Source of the DNA: Laetmonice hystrix
Lineage: Eukaryota
DNA: 64,000 nt
NCBI GenBank assembly: GCA_965235115.1
Contig: OZ249436.1
Coordinates: forward strand, 12,092,001 to 12,156,000
Reading direction: 5' to 3'
Shown one piece after another: positions 38,715 to 52,100 of the stretch; position 1 is the stretch's first letter, and every line of letters starts with the position of its first letter. The notes under the pieces were generated by a model. That model was not told where the DNA came from and ran no database searches. It saw only the letters and a list, made by a program, of their open reading frames with translations. The position numbers and the translations under genes were made by a program.

Positions 38715-40105
38715 AACAGTGGCGTCCATCTCAGTCAGTTTTCAAGATATCTCAATCAAATTTGGCACACATCTTGACCATGACAAGGACTGGTCAGACA
38801 ATGAGTTGTGACATATCACGTGACGTGACGTATGACGTCACGTCATGACGTTCATATTGGGAATTTCCAAACCCCATCATGGCGTTTTAATCAGGCAAGG
38901 GTCTAGTCTAACATGGACCCTTCATTTGTCATTTGACCTTGAACTTTGCGAGAACTGGGTCCTCAGTCACAAATCTCTTAAATCGCTACTCCTTCTTCAT
39001 TTTTTGGTGAAATTCGACAATATTAGGCAGAAGGACCCTCTACCATGAGCTTGTCTCAAATCATCAAAAGATAAGCGATTTGATTAATATTCGCTGAATC
39101 ACGTGACTTTGAAATTTCGAAAAATTGTCAATTTTCTAGAACTTGTAAACGGTGCCAGATTTGGCATTGGTTACTATTAACCACAGATAAGAAGTCATTA
39201 TGCTCTTTTATGATATTTTTTTTTTCAGGTCACGTGACCATTTTTAAAAATTAGAGGGAAAAAACAAAAACAAAAAGAAACGTGACTCGGCCTGGGATTG
39301 AACGCGGGACCCTTCCGGTAGAAGTCCAAAAAAATAGGTGACTCGGCCTGGGATTGAACCGGCGACCCATAGCATGTGAGTCAAGACACTTATCGCCAGT
39401 GCTACGCCATCTGACAAGCTAATACTGGATTGAACTGGTACTGATTACCACAGCCAGTGAACCTATATTTTGTGAGGGCTATAACTTGCTATCACTTGGT
39501 ATCGTCATCCTTAAGGTCACGTGACCTGTGACGTCGTAAAGATGTCATCGATATTTTCTAAGGGATATAACTTGTTAATGCTTGAAGTTAGACCCATAGT
39601 TACTATTGAACACGAATAGGAAGTCATGTATACTCTTTCGTTTGGCATCATTATTTCTTAGGTCACGTGACCCATGACATAACGATGTCATCGATATTTT
39701 CTCAGGGTTTTAACTTGTAAATGGTAGGAGTTAGACCCATAGTTAGTATTGAATATTTATAAACAGGAAGTCCTCATTATGTTCTTTCAATTGACACCAA
39801 GATTTATTCTGTTGTGTGATCTATTACATCCTTATGACGTAACTGAGCCCTTCTAAGGATTGGTAGAAGCCTGTAACTAGTAAACGGTGCTAGATACACC
39901 TATAGTTATTTTTGAACATGAATAGGAAGTCCATTGAGATCAATATTTATGACGTAGCATAAGGTCATAATGACGTAACTTCCATCTTCTAAGGCTCATA
40001 AGTCGTCACGGGTGCAAGATAGTACCATAGTTATCCCTATTCAGAACATGTTACATGGGACACCCCGGGGATGGGATCCATTGTGGTACTCCACAACGTA
40101 TCTAG
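38609..40105 (+). mobile_element. Same HINE/DINE-1-like element, copy 2 (produced by the 19,397-bp tandem duplication)
   Basis: Appears identical to 19212-20708 at offset +19397, in the same position of the same monomer variant (gctttagtac marker), with identical flanks. Confidence 0.85.
39339..39411 (-). pseudogene. Second copy of the tRNA-like cassette
   Basis: Same sequence as 19942-20014 at offset +19397. Confidence 0.6.
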
Positions 40106-43100
40106 TTTTTAGTTGGGGATGGGATATCTGATATAAGAAAGGCGGACAAGGTCATTTGCATTGTTAATTAAACATTTACGGCAAACAGCTATTTGGACTA
40201 CCTGACAACGTTGTCGGGCGCTTACAGATGGTCTGTAGGGGACAGACATTTGATGGGAGTAAATGATAGACCAAACGTATGGCCTGCCTCCTGGACAATA
40301 CAAGCATGGAAACATGAAACATGAAGTGTCCTTATACTACTGGCTACTGTCGTATAAAAGCAAACAGTACAGTGAGGCCAAAGAGTACAGGGAGGGCAAA
40401 GAGTACTGTGAGGAATCCCTGCTAACCTAGTACCCAAGCGAACACTACAGTGAGGCCGAGCGCTACAGTGAGGCTAAACAGCATACTGTCGGGCCAAGCA
40501 GTGTGGAAGGCCATACAGTACAGTGATACTCCCTACATCTTACGGCAACCCTAGTACCAAAGCAAAGAGTACAGTGAGGCAGTGGAAATGAAAGGTACAG
40601 ACGAGGAGCATCTAATGTTAAAATTTTGAGAAAATACTGAAATGTGAAGTATACATATCACAACCATTTCAGTATTTTCTCCAAAGCGAACGTACGAGAC
40701 CTATACGGTTGACCGTTATACATCTGACCTAAGAATAATAATTTTTGGGCCGTAGTTTCAATTTGACGTATCAAAAATGAAACCACTTTTCGCTTATAAT
40801 TGCATTAACCTGTCTTTCGCCTAAGGGTCGCAGGTGCCCGCCAGCACGGCCAGGTATACGTGGTGATTCCACCGGTAGCCGGAAGGTGGCAGTGCAGTGG
40901 CAGCCGACGCTTCAGTACAGTACCCTGGTGTTTCCCTGCAACATCTCTGTAATCTTCTTTTAGTTGGGGATGGGATATCTGATATAAGAAAGGCGGACAA
41001 GGTCATTTGCATTGTTAATTAAACATTTACGGCAAACAGCTATTTGGACTACCTGACAACGTTGTCGGGCGCTTACAGATGGTCTGTAGGGGACAGACAT
41101 TTGATGGGAGTAAATGATAGACCAAACGTATGGCCTGCCTCCTGGACAATACAAGCATGGAAACATGAAACATGAAGCGTCCTTATACTACTGGCTACTG
41201 TCGTAAAAAAGCAAACAGTACAGTGAGGCCAAAGAGTACAGGGAGGGCAAAGAGTACTGTGAGGAATCCCTGCTAACCTAGTACCCAAGCGAACACTACA
41301 GTGAGGCCGAGCGCTACAGTGAGGCTAAACAGCATACTGTCGGGCCAAGCAGTGTGGGAGGCCAAACAGTACAGTGATACTCCCTACATCTTACGGCAAC
41401 CCTAGTACCAAAGCAAACAGTAGAGTGAGGCAGTGAAAATGAAAGGTACAGACGAGGAGCATCTAATGTTAAAATTTTGAGAAAATACTGAAATGTGAAG
41501 TATACATATCACAACCATTTCAGTATTTTCTCCAAAGCGAACGTACGAGGCCTATACGGTTGACCGTTATACATCTGACCTAAGAATAATAATTTTTGGG
41601 CCGTAGTTTCAATTTGACGTATCAAAAATGAAACCACTTTTCGCTTATAATTGCATTAACCTGTCTTTCGCCTAAGGGTCGCAGGTGCCTGCCAGCACGG
41701 CCAGGTATACGTGGTGATTCCACCGGTAGCCGGAAGGTGGCAGTGCAGTGGCAGCCGACGCTTCAGTACAGTACCCTGGTGTTTTCCTGCAACATCTCTG
41801 TAATCTTTTTTTTAGTTGGGGATGGGATATCTGATATAAGAAAGGCGTACAAGGTCATTTGCATTGTTAATTAAACCTTTACTGCAAACAGCTATTTGGA
41901 CTACCTGACAACGTTGTCGGGCACTTACAGTTGGTCTGTAGGGGACAGACATTTGATGGGAGTAAATGATAGAGCAAACGTATGGCCTGCCTCCTGGACA
42001 ATACAGGCATGGAAACATGAAACATGAAGCGTTCTTATACTACTGGCTACTGTCGTATAGAAGCAAACAGTACAGTGAGGCCAAAGAGTACAGGGAGGGC
42101 AAAGAGTACTGTGAGGAATCCCTGCTAACCTAGTACCCAAGCGAACACTACAGTGAGGCCAAGCACTACAGTGAGGCTAAACAGCATACTGTCGGGCCAA
42201 ACAGTGTGGGAGGCCAAACAGTACAGTGAGGACTCCCTACATCTTAGCGGCTGGCCTAGTACCAATGCAAACAGTACAGTGAGAAAGTGGAAATGAAAGG
42301 TACAGACGAGGAGCATCTAATGTTAAAATTTTGAGAATATACTGAAATGTGAAGTATACAGATCACAACCATTTCAGTATTTTCTCCAAAGCGAACGTAC
42401 GAGACCTATGCGGTTGACCGTTATACATCTGGCCTAAGAATCATAATTTTGGGGCCGTAGTTTCAATTTGACGTATCAAAAATGTAGCCAATTTTCGCTT
42501 ATAATTGCATTAACCTGTCTTTCGCCTAAGGGTCACATGTGCCTGCCAGCCCGGCCAGGTATACGTGGTGATTCCACCGGTAGCCGGAAGGTGGCAGTGC
42601 AGTCGTAGCCGACGCTTCAGTACAGTACCCTGGTGTTTCCCTACAACATCTCTGTAATCTTTTTTTAGTTGGGGATGGGATATCTGATATAAGAAAGGCG
42701 TACAAGGTCATTTGCATTGTTAATTAAACCTTTACGGCAAACAGCTATTTGGACTACCTGACAACGTTGTCGGGCGCTTACAGATGGTCTGTAGGGGACA
42801 GACATATTAGATGGGAGTAAATGATAGAGCAAACGTATGGCCTGCCTCCTGGACAATACAGGCATGGAAACATGAAACATGAAGCGTCCTTATACTACTG
42901 GCTACTGTCGTATAGAAGCAAACAGTACAGTGAGGCCAAAGAGTACAGGGAGGGCAAAGAGTACTGTGAGGAATCCCTGCTAACCTAGTACCCAAGCGAA
43001 CACTACAGTGAGGCCAAGCACTACAGTGAGGCTAAACAGCATACTATCGGGCCAAGCAGTGTGGGAGGCCAAACAATGCAGTGATACTCCCTACATCTTA

Positions 43101-46100
43101 CGGCAACCCTAGTACCAAAGCAAAGAGTACAGTGAGGCAGTGGAAATGAAAGGTACAGAGGAGGAGCATCTAATGTTAAAATTTTGAGAAAATACTGAAA
43201 TGTGAAGTATACATATCACAACCATTTCAGTATTTTCTCCAAAGCGAACGTACGAGACCTATACGGTTGACCGTTATACATCTGACCTAAGAATAATAAT
43301 TTTTGGGCCGTAGTTTCAATTTGACGTATCAAAAATGAAACCACTTTTCGCTTATAATTGCATTAACCTGTCTTTCGCCTAAGGGTCGCAGGTGCCTGCC
43401 AGCACGGCCAGGTATACGTGGTGATTCCACCGGTAGCCGGAAGGTGGCAGTGCAGTGGCAGCCGACGCTTCAGTACAGTACCCTGGTGTTTCCCTGCAAC
43501 ATCTCTGTAATCTTCTTTTAGTTGGGGATGGGATATCTGATATAAGAAAGGCGTACAAGGTCATTTGCATTGTTAATTAAACCTTTACGGCAAACAGCTA
43601 TTTGGACTACCTGACAACGTTGTCGGGCGCTTACAGTTGGTCTGTAGGGGACAGACATTTGATGGGAGTAAATGATAGAGCAAACGTATGGCCTGCCTCC
43701 TGGACAATACAGGCATGGAAACATGAAACATGAAGCGTTCTTATACTACTGGCTACTGTCGTATAGAAGCAAACAGTACAGTGAGGCCAAAGAGTACAGG
43801 GAGGGCAAAGAGTACTGTGAGGAATCCCTGCTAACCTAGTACCCAAGCGAACACTACAGTGAGGCCAAGCACTACAGTGAGGCTAAACAGCATACTGTCG
43901 GGCCAAGCAGTGTGGGAGGCCAAACAGTACAGTGATACTCCCTACATGTAACGGCAACCCTAGTACCAAAGCAAACAGTACAGTGAGTCAGTGAAAATGA
44001 AAGGTACAGACGAGGAGCATCTAATGTTAAAATCTTTGAGAAAATACTGAAATGTGAAGTATACATATCACAACCATTTCAGTATTTTCTCCAAAGCGAA
44101 CGTACGAGACCTATACGGTTGACCGTTATACATCTGACCTAAGAATAATAATTTTTGGGCCGTAGTTTCAATTTGACGTATCAAAAATGAAACCATTTTT
44201 CGCTTATAATTGCATTAACCTGTCTTTCGCCTAAGGGTCGTAGGTGCCTGCTAGCACGGCCAGGTATACGTGGTGATTCCACCGGTAGCCGGAAGGTGGC
44301 AGTGCAGTCGCAGCCGACGCTTTAGTACAGTACCCTGGTGTTTCCCTGCAACATCTCTGTAATCTTTTTTTTAGTTGGGGATGGGATATCTGATATAAGG
44401 AAGGCGGACAAGGTCATTTGCATTGTTAATTAAACATTTACGGCAAACAGCTATTTGGACTACCTGACAACGTTGTCGGGCGCTTACAGATGGTCTGTAG
44501 GGGACAGACATTTGATGGGAGTAAATGATAGACCAAACGTATGGCCTGCCTCCTGGACAATACAAGCATGGAAACATGAAACATGAAGTGTCCTTATACT
44601 ACTGGCTACTGTCGTATAAAAGCAAACAGTACAGTGAGGCCAAAGAGTACAGGGAGGGCAAAGAGTACTGTGAGGAATCCCTGCTAACCTAGTACCCAAG
44701 CGAACACTACAGTGAGGCCGAGCGCTACAGTGAGGCTAAACAGCATACTGTCGGGCCAAGCAGTGTGGAAGGCCATACAGTACAGTGATACTCCCTACAT
44801 CTTACGGCAACCCTAGTACCAAAGCAAACAGTAGAGTGAGGCAGTGAAAATGAAAGGTACAGACGAGGAGCATCTAATGTTAAAATTTTGAGAAAATACT
44901 GAAATGTGAAGTATACATATCACAACCATTTCAGTATTTTCTCCAAAGCGAACGTACGAGACCTATACGGTTGACCGTTATACATCTGACCTAAGAATAA
45001 TAATTTTTGGGCCGTAGTTTCAATTTGACGTATCAAAAATGAAACCACTTTTCGCTTATAATTGCATTAACCTGTCTTTCGCCTAAGGGTCGCAGGTGCC
45101 TGCCAGCACGGCCAGGTATACGTGGTGATTCCACCGGTAGCCGGAAGGTGGCAGTGCAGTGGCAGCCGACGCTTCAGTACAGTACCCTGGTGTTTCCCTG
45201 CAACATCTCTGTAATCTTCTTTTAGTTGGGGATGGGATATCTGATATAAGAAAGGCGGACAAGGTCATTTGCATTGTTAATTAAACATTTACGGCAAACA
45301 GCTATTTGGACTACCTGACAACGTTGTCGGGCGCTTACAGATGGTCTGTAGGGGACAGACATTTGATGGGAGTAAATGATAGACCAAACGTATGGCCTGC
45401 CTCCTGGACAATACAAGCATGGAAACATGAAACATGAAGCGTCCTTATACTACTGGCTACTGTCGTAAAAAAGCAAACAGTACAGTGAGGCCAAAGAGTA
45501 CAGGGAGGGCAAAGAGTACTGTGAGGAATCCCTGCTAACCTAGTACCCAAGCGAACACTACAGTGAGGCCGAGCGCTACAGTGAGGCTAAACAGCATACT
45601 GTCGGGCCAAGCAGTGTGGGAGGCCAAACAGTACAGTGATACTCCCTACATCTTACGGCAACCCTAGTACCAAAGCAAACAGTAGAGTGAGGCAGTGAAA
45701 ATGAAAGGTACAGACGAGGAGCATCTAATGTTAAAATTTTGAGAAAATACTGAAATGTGAAGTATACATATCACAACCATTTCAGTATTTTCTCCAAAGC
45801 GAACGTACGAGGCCTATACGGTTGACCGTTATACATCTGACCTAAGAATAATAATTTTTGGGCCGTAGTTTCAATTTGACGTATCAAAAATGAAACCACT
45901 TTTCGCTTATAATTGCATTAACCTGTCTTTCGCCTAAGGGTCGCAGGTGCCTGCCAGCACGGCCAGGTATACGTGGTGATTCCACCGGTAGCCGGAAGGT
46001 GGCAGTGCAGTGGCAGCCGACGCTTCAGTACAGTACCCTGGTGTTTTCCTGCAACATCTCTGTAATCTTTTTTTTAGTTGGGGATGGGATATCTGATATA

Positions 46101-49100
46101 AGAAAGGCGTACAAGGTCATTTGCATTGTTAATTAAACCTTTACTGCAAACAGCTATTTGGACTACCTGACAACGTTGTCGGGCACTTACAGTTGGTCTG
46201 TAGGGGACAGACATTTGATGGGAGTAAATGATAGAGCAAACGTATGGCCTGCCTCCTGGACAATACAGGCATGGAAACATGAAACATGAAGCGTTCTTAT
46301 ACTACTGGCTACTGTCGTATAGAAGCAAACAGTACAGTGAGGCCAAAGAGTACAGGGAGGGCAAAGAGTACTGTGAGGAATCCCTGCTAACCTAGTACCC
46401 AAGCGAACACTACAGTGAGGCCAAGCACTACAGTGAGGCTAAACAGCATACTGTCGGGCCAAACAGTGTGGGAGGCCAAACAGTACAGTGAGGACTCCCT
46501 ACATCTTAGCGGCTGGCCTAGTACCAATGCAAACAGTACAGTGAGAAAGTGGAAATGAAAGGTACAGACGAGGAGCATCTAATGTTAAAATTTTGAGAAT
46601 ATACTGAAATGTGAAGTATACAGATCACAACCATTTCAGTATTTTCTCCAAAGCGAACGTACGAGACCTATGCGGTTGACCGTTATACATCTGGCCTAAG
46701 AATCATAATTTTGGGGCCGTAGTTTCAATTTGACGTATCAAAAATGTAGCCAATTTTCGCTTATAATTGCATTAACCTGTCTTTCGCCTAAGGGTCACAT
46801 GTGCCTGCCAGCCCGGCCAGGTATACGTGGTGATTCCACCGGTAGCCGGAAGGTGGCAGTGCAGTCGTAGCCGACGCTTCAGTACAGTACCCTGGTGTTT
46901 CCCTACAACATCTCTGTAATCTTTTTTTAGTTGGGGATGGGATATCTGATATAAGAAAGGCGTACAAGGTCATTTGCATTGTTAATTAAACCTTTACGGC
47001 AAACAGCTATTTAGACTACCTGACAACGTTGTCGGGCGCTAACAGATGGTCTGTAGTGGACAGACATTAGATGGGAGTAAATGATAGACCAAACGTATGG
47101 CCTGCCTCCTGGACAATACAGGCATGGAAACATGAAACATGAAGCGTCCTTATACTACTGGCTACTGTCGTATAGAAGCAAACAGTACAGTGAGGCAAAA
47201 GAGTACAGGGAGGGCAAAGAGTACTGTGAGGAATCCCTGCTAACCTAGTACCCAAGCGAAATCTACAGTGAGGCCAAGCACTACAGTGAGGCTAAACAGC
47301 ATACTATCGGGCCAAGCAGTGTGGGAGGCCAAACAATGCAGTGATACTCCCTACATCTTACGGCAACCCTAGTACCAAAGCAAAGAGTACAGTGAGGCAG
47401 TGGAAATGAAAGGTACAGAGGAGGAGCATCTACTGTTAAAATTTTGAGAAAATACTGAAATGTGAAGTATACATATCACAACCATTTCAGTATTTTCTCC
47501 AAAGCGAACGTACGAGACCTATACGGTTGACCGTTATACATCTGGCCTAAGATTAATAATTTTGGGCCGTAGTTTCAATTTGACGTATCAAAAATGTAGC
47601 CAATTTTCGCTTATAATTGCATTAACCTGTCTTTCGCCTAAGGGTCACATGTGCCTGCCAGCCCGGCCAGGTATACGTGGTGATTCCACCGGTAGCCGGA
47701 AGGTGGCAGTGCAGTCGCAGCCGACGCTTCAGTACAGTACCCTGGTGTTTCCCTGCAGCATCTCTGTAATCTTTTTTTAGTTGGGGATGGAATATCTGGT
47801 ATAAGAAAGGCGTACAAGGTCATTTGCATTGTTAATTAAACCTTTACGGCAAACAGCTATTTAGACTACCTGACAACGTTGTCGGGCGCTAACAGATGGT
47901 CTGTAGTGGACAGACATTAGATGGGAGTAAATCATAGACCAAACGTATGGCCTGCCTCCTGGACAATACAAGCATGGAAACATGAAACATGAAGCGTCCT
48001 TATACTACTGGCTACTGTCGTATAAAAGCAAACAGTACAGTGAAGCCAAAGAGTACAGGGAGGGCAAAGAGTACTGTGAGGAATCACTGCTAACCTAGTA
48101 CCCAAGCGAACACTACAGTGAGGCCGAGCGCTACAGTGAGGCTAAACAGCATACTGTCGGGCCAAGCAGTGTGGGAGGCCAAACAGTACAGTGATACTCC
48201 CTACATCTTACGGCAACCCTAGTACCAAAGCAAACAGTACAGTGAGGCAGTGGAAATGAAAGGTACAGACGAGGAGCATCTAATGTTAAAATTTTGAGAA
48301 AATACTGAAATGTGAAGTATACATATCACAACCATTTCAGTATTTTCTCCAAAGCGAACGTACGAGACCTATACGGTTGACCGTTATACATCTGACCTAA
48401 GAATAATAATTTTTGGGCCGTAGTTTCAATTTGACGTATCAAAAATGAAACCATTTTTCGCTTATAATTGCATTAACCTGTCTTTCGCCTAAGGGTCGTA
48501 GGTGCCTGCTAGCACGGCCAGGTATACGTGGTGATTCCACCGGTAGCCGGAAGGTGGCAGTGCAGTGGCAGCCGACGCTTCAGTACAGTACCCTGGTGTT
48601 TCCCTGCAACATCTCTGTAATCTTTTTTTTGGTTGGGGATGGGATATCTGATATAAGAAAGGCGGACAAGGTCATTTGCATTGTTAATTAAACATTTACG
48701 GCAAACAGCTATTTGGACTACCTGACAACGTTGTCGGGCGCTTACAGATGGTCTGTAGGGGACAGACATTTGATGGGAGTAAATGATAGACCAAACGTAT
48801 GGCCTGCCTCCTGGACAATACAAGCATGGAAACATGAAACATGAAGCGTCCTTATACTACTGGCTACTGTCGTAAAAAAGCAAACAGTACAGTGAGGCCA
48901 AAGAGTACAGGGAGGGCAAAGAGTACTGTGAGGAATCCCTGCTAACCTAGTACCCAAGCGAACACTACAGTGAGGCCGAGCGCTACAGTGAGGCTAAACA
49001 GCATACTGTCGGGCCAAGCAGTGTGGGAGGCCAAACAGTACAGTGATACTCCCTACATCTTACGGCAACCCTAGTACCAAAGCAAACAGTAGAGTGAGGC

Positions 49101-52100
49101 AGTGAAAATGAAAGGTACAGACGAGGAGCATCTAATGTTAAAATTTTGAGAAAATACTGAAATGTGAAGTATACATATCACAACCATTTCAGTATTTTCT
49201 CCAAAGCGAACGTACGAGGCCTATACGGTTGACCGTTATACATCTGACCTAAGAATAATAATTTTTGGGCCGTAGTTTCAATTTGACGTATCAAAAATGA
49301 AACCACTTTTCGCTTATAATTGCATTAACCTGTCTTTCGCCTAAGGGTCGCAGGTGCCTGCCAGCACGGCCAGGTATACGTGGTGATTCCACCGGTAGCC
49401 GGAAGGTGGCAGTGCAGTGGCAGCCGACGCTTCAGTACAGTACCCTGGTGTTTTCCTGCAACATCTCTGTAATCTTTTTTTTAGTTGGGGATGGGATATC
49501 TGATATAAGAAAGGCGTACAAGGTCATTTGCATTGTTAATTAAACCTTTACTGCAAACAGCTATTTGGACTACCTGACAACGTTGTCGGGCGCTAACAGA
49601 TGGTCTGTAGTGGACAGACATTAGATGGGAGTAAATCATAGACCAAACGTATGGCCTGCCTCCTGGACAATACAAGCATGGAAACATGAAACATGAAGCG
49701 TCCTTATACTACTGGCTACTGTCGTATAAAAGCAAACAGTACAGTGAAGCCAAAGAGTACAGGGAGGGCAAAGAGTACTGTGAGGAATCCCTGCTAACCT
49801 AGTACCCAAGCGAACACTACAGTGAGGCCGAGCGCTACAGTGAGGCTAAACAGCATACTGTCGGGCCAAGCAGTGTGGGAGGCCAAACAGTACAGTGATA
49901 CTCCCTACATCTTACGGCAACCCTAGTACCAAAGCAAACAGTAGAGTGAGGCAGTGAAAATGAAAGGTACAGACGAGGAGCATCTAATGTTAAAATTTTG
50001 AGAAAATACTGAAATGTGAAGTATACATATCACAACCATTTCAGTATTTTCTCCAAAGCGAACGTACGAGACCTATACGGTTGACCGTTATACATCTGAC
50101 CTAAGAATAATAATTTTTGGGCCGTAGTTTCAATTTGACGTATCAAAAATGAAACCATTTTTCGCTTATAATTGCATTAACCTGTCTTTCGCCTAAGGGT
50201 CGTAGGTGCCTGCTAGCACGGCCAGGTATACGTGGTGATTCCACCGGTAGCCGGAAGGTGGCAGTGCAGTGGCAGCCGACGCTTCAGTACAGTACCCTGG
50301 TGTTTCCCTGCAACATCTCTGTAATCTTTTTTTTAGTTGGGGATGGGATATCTGATATAAGAAAGGCGGACAAGGTCATTTGCATTGTTAATTAAACATT
50401 TACGGCAAACAGCTATTTGGACTACCTGACAACGTTGTCGGGCGCTTACAGATGGTCTGTAGGGGACAGACATTTGATGGGAGTAAATGATAGACCAAAC
50501 GTATGGCCTGCCTCCTGGACAATACAAGCATGGAAACATGAAACATGAAGCGTCCTTATACTACTGGCTACTGTCGTAAAAAAGCAAACAGTACAGTGAG
50601 GCCAAAGAGTACAGGGAGGGCAAAGAGTACTGTGAGGAATCCCTGCTAACCTAGTACCCAAGCGAACACTACAGTGAGGCCGAGCGCTACAGTGAGGCTA
50701 AACAGCATACTGTCGGGCCAAGCAGTGTGGGAGGCCAAACAGTACAGTGATACTCCCTACATCTTACGGCAACCCTAGTACCAAAGCAAACAGTAGAGTG
50801 AGGCAGTGAAAATGAAAGGTACAGACGAGGAGCATCTAATGTTAAAATTTTGAGAAAATACTGAAATGTGAAGTATACATATCACAACCATTTCAGTATT
50901 TTCTCCAAAGCGAACGTACGAGGCCTATACGGTTGACCGTTATACATCTGACCTAAGAATAATAATTTTTGGGCCGTAGTTTCAATTTGACGTATCAAAA
51001 ATGAAACCACTTTTCGCTTATAATTGCATTAACCTGTCTTTCGCCTAAGGGTCGCAGGTGCCTGCCAGCCCGGCCAGGTATACGTGGTGATTCCACCGGT
51101 AGCCGGAAGGTGGCAGTGCAGTGGCAGCCGACGCTTCAGTACAGTACCCTGGTGTTTTCCTGCAACATCTCTGTAATCTTTTTTTTAGTTGGGGATGGGA
51201 TATCTGATATAAGAAAGGCGTACAAGGTCATTTGCATTGTTAATTAAACCTTTACGGCAAACAGCTATTTGGACTACCTGACAACGTTGTCGGGCACTTA
51301 CAGTTGGTCTGTAGGGGACAGACATTTGATGGGAGTAAATGATAGAGCAAACGTATGGCCTGCCTCCTGGACAATACAGGCATGGAAACATGAAACATGA
51401 AGCGTTCTTATACTACTGGCTACTGTCGTATAGAAGCAAACAGTACAGTGAGGCCAAAGAGTACAGGGGGGCAAAGAGTACTGTGAGGAATCCCTGCTAA
51501 CCTAGTACCCAAGCGAACACTACAGTGAGGCCAAGCACTACAGTGAGGCTAAACAGCATACTGTCGGGCCAAACAGTGTGGGAGGCCAAACAGTACAGTG
51601 AGGACTCCCTACATCTTACCGGCTGGCCTAGTACCAATGCAAACAGTACAGTGAGAAAGTGGAAATGAAAGGTACAGACGAGGAGCATCTAATGTTAAAA
51701 TTTTGAGAATATACTGAAATGTGAAGTATACAGATCACAACCATTTCAGTATTTTCTCCAAAGCGAACGTACGAGACCTATGCGGTTGACCGTTATACAT
51801 CTGGCCTAAGAATCATAATTTTGGGGCCGTAGTTTCAATTTGACGTATCAAAAATGTAGCCAATTTTCGCTTATAATTGCATTAACCTGTCTTTCGCCTA
51901 AGGGTCACATGTGCCTGCCAGCCCGGCCAGGTATACGTGGTGATTCCACCGGTAGCCGGAAGGTGGCAGTGCAGTCGTAGCCGACGCTTCAGTACAGTAC
52001 CCTGGCGTTTCCCTACAACATCTCTGTAATCTTTTTTTAGTTGGGGATGGGATATCTGATATAAGAAAGGCGTACAAGGTCATTTGCATTGTTAATTAAA

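Noticed and set aside
38609..40105. Second element as an independent site-specific insertion
   Set aside because: It lies inside a 19,397-bp duplication with identical flanks, so only one insertion event is evidenced.
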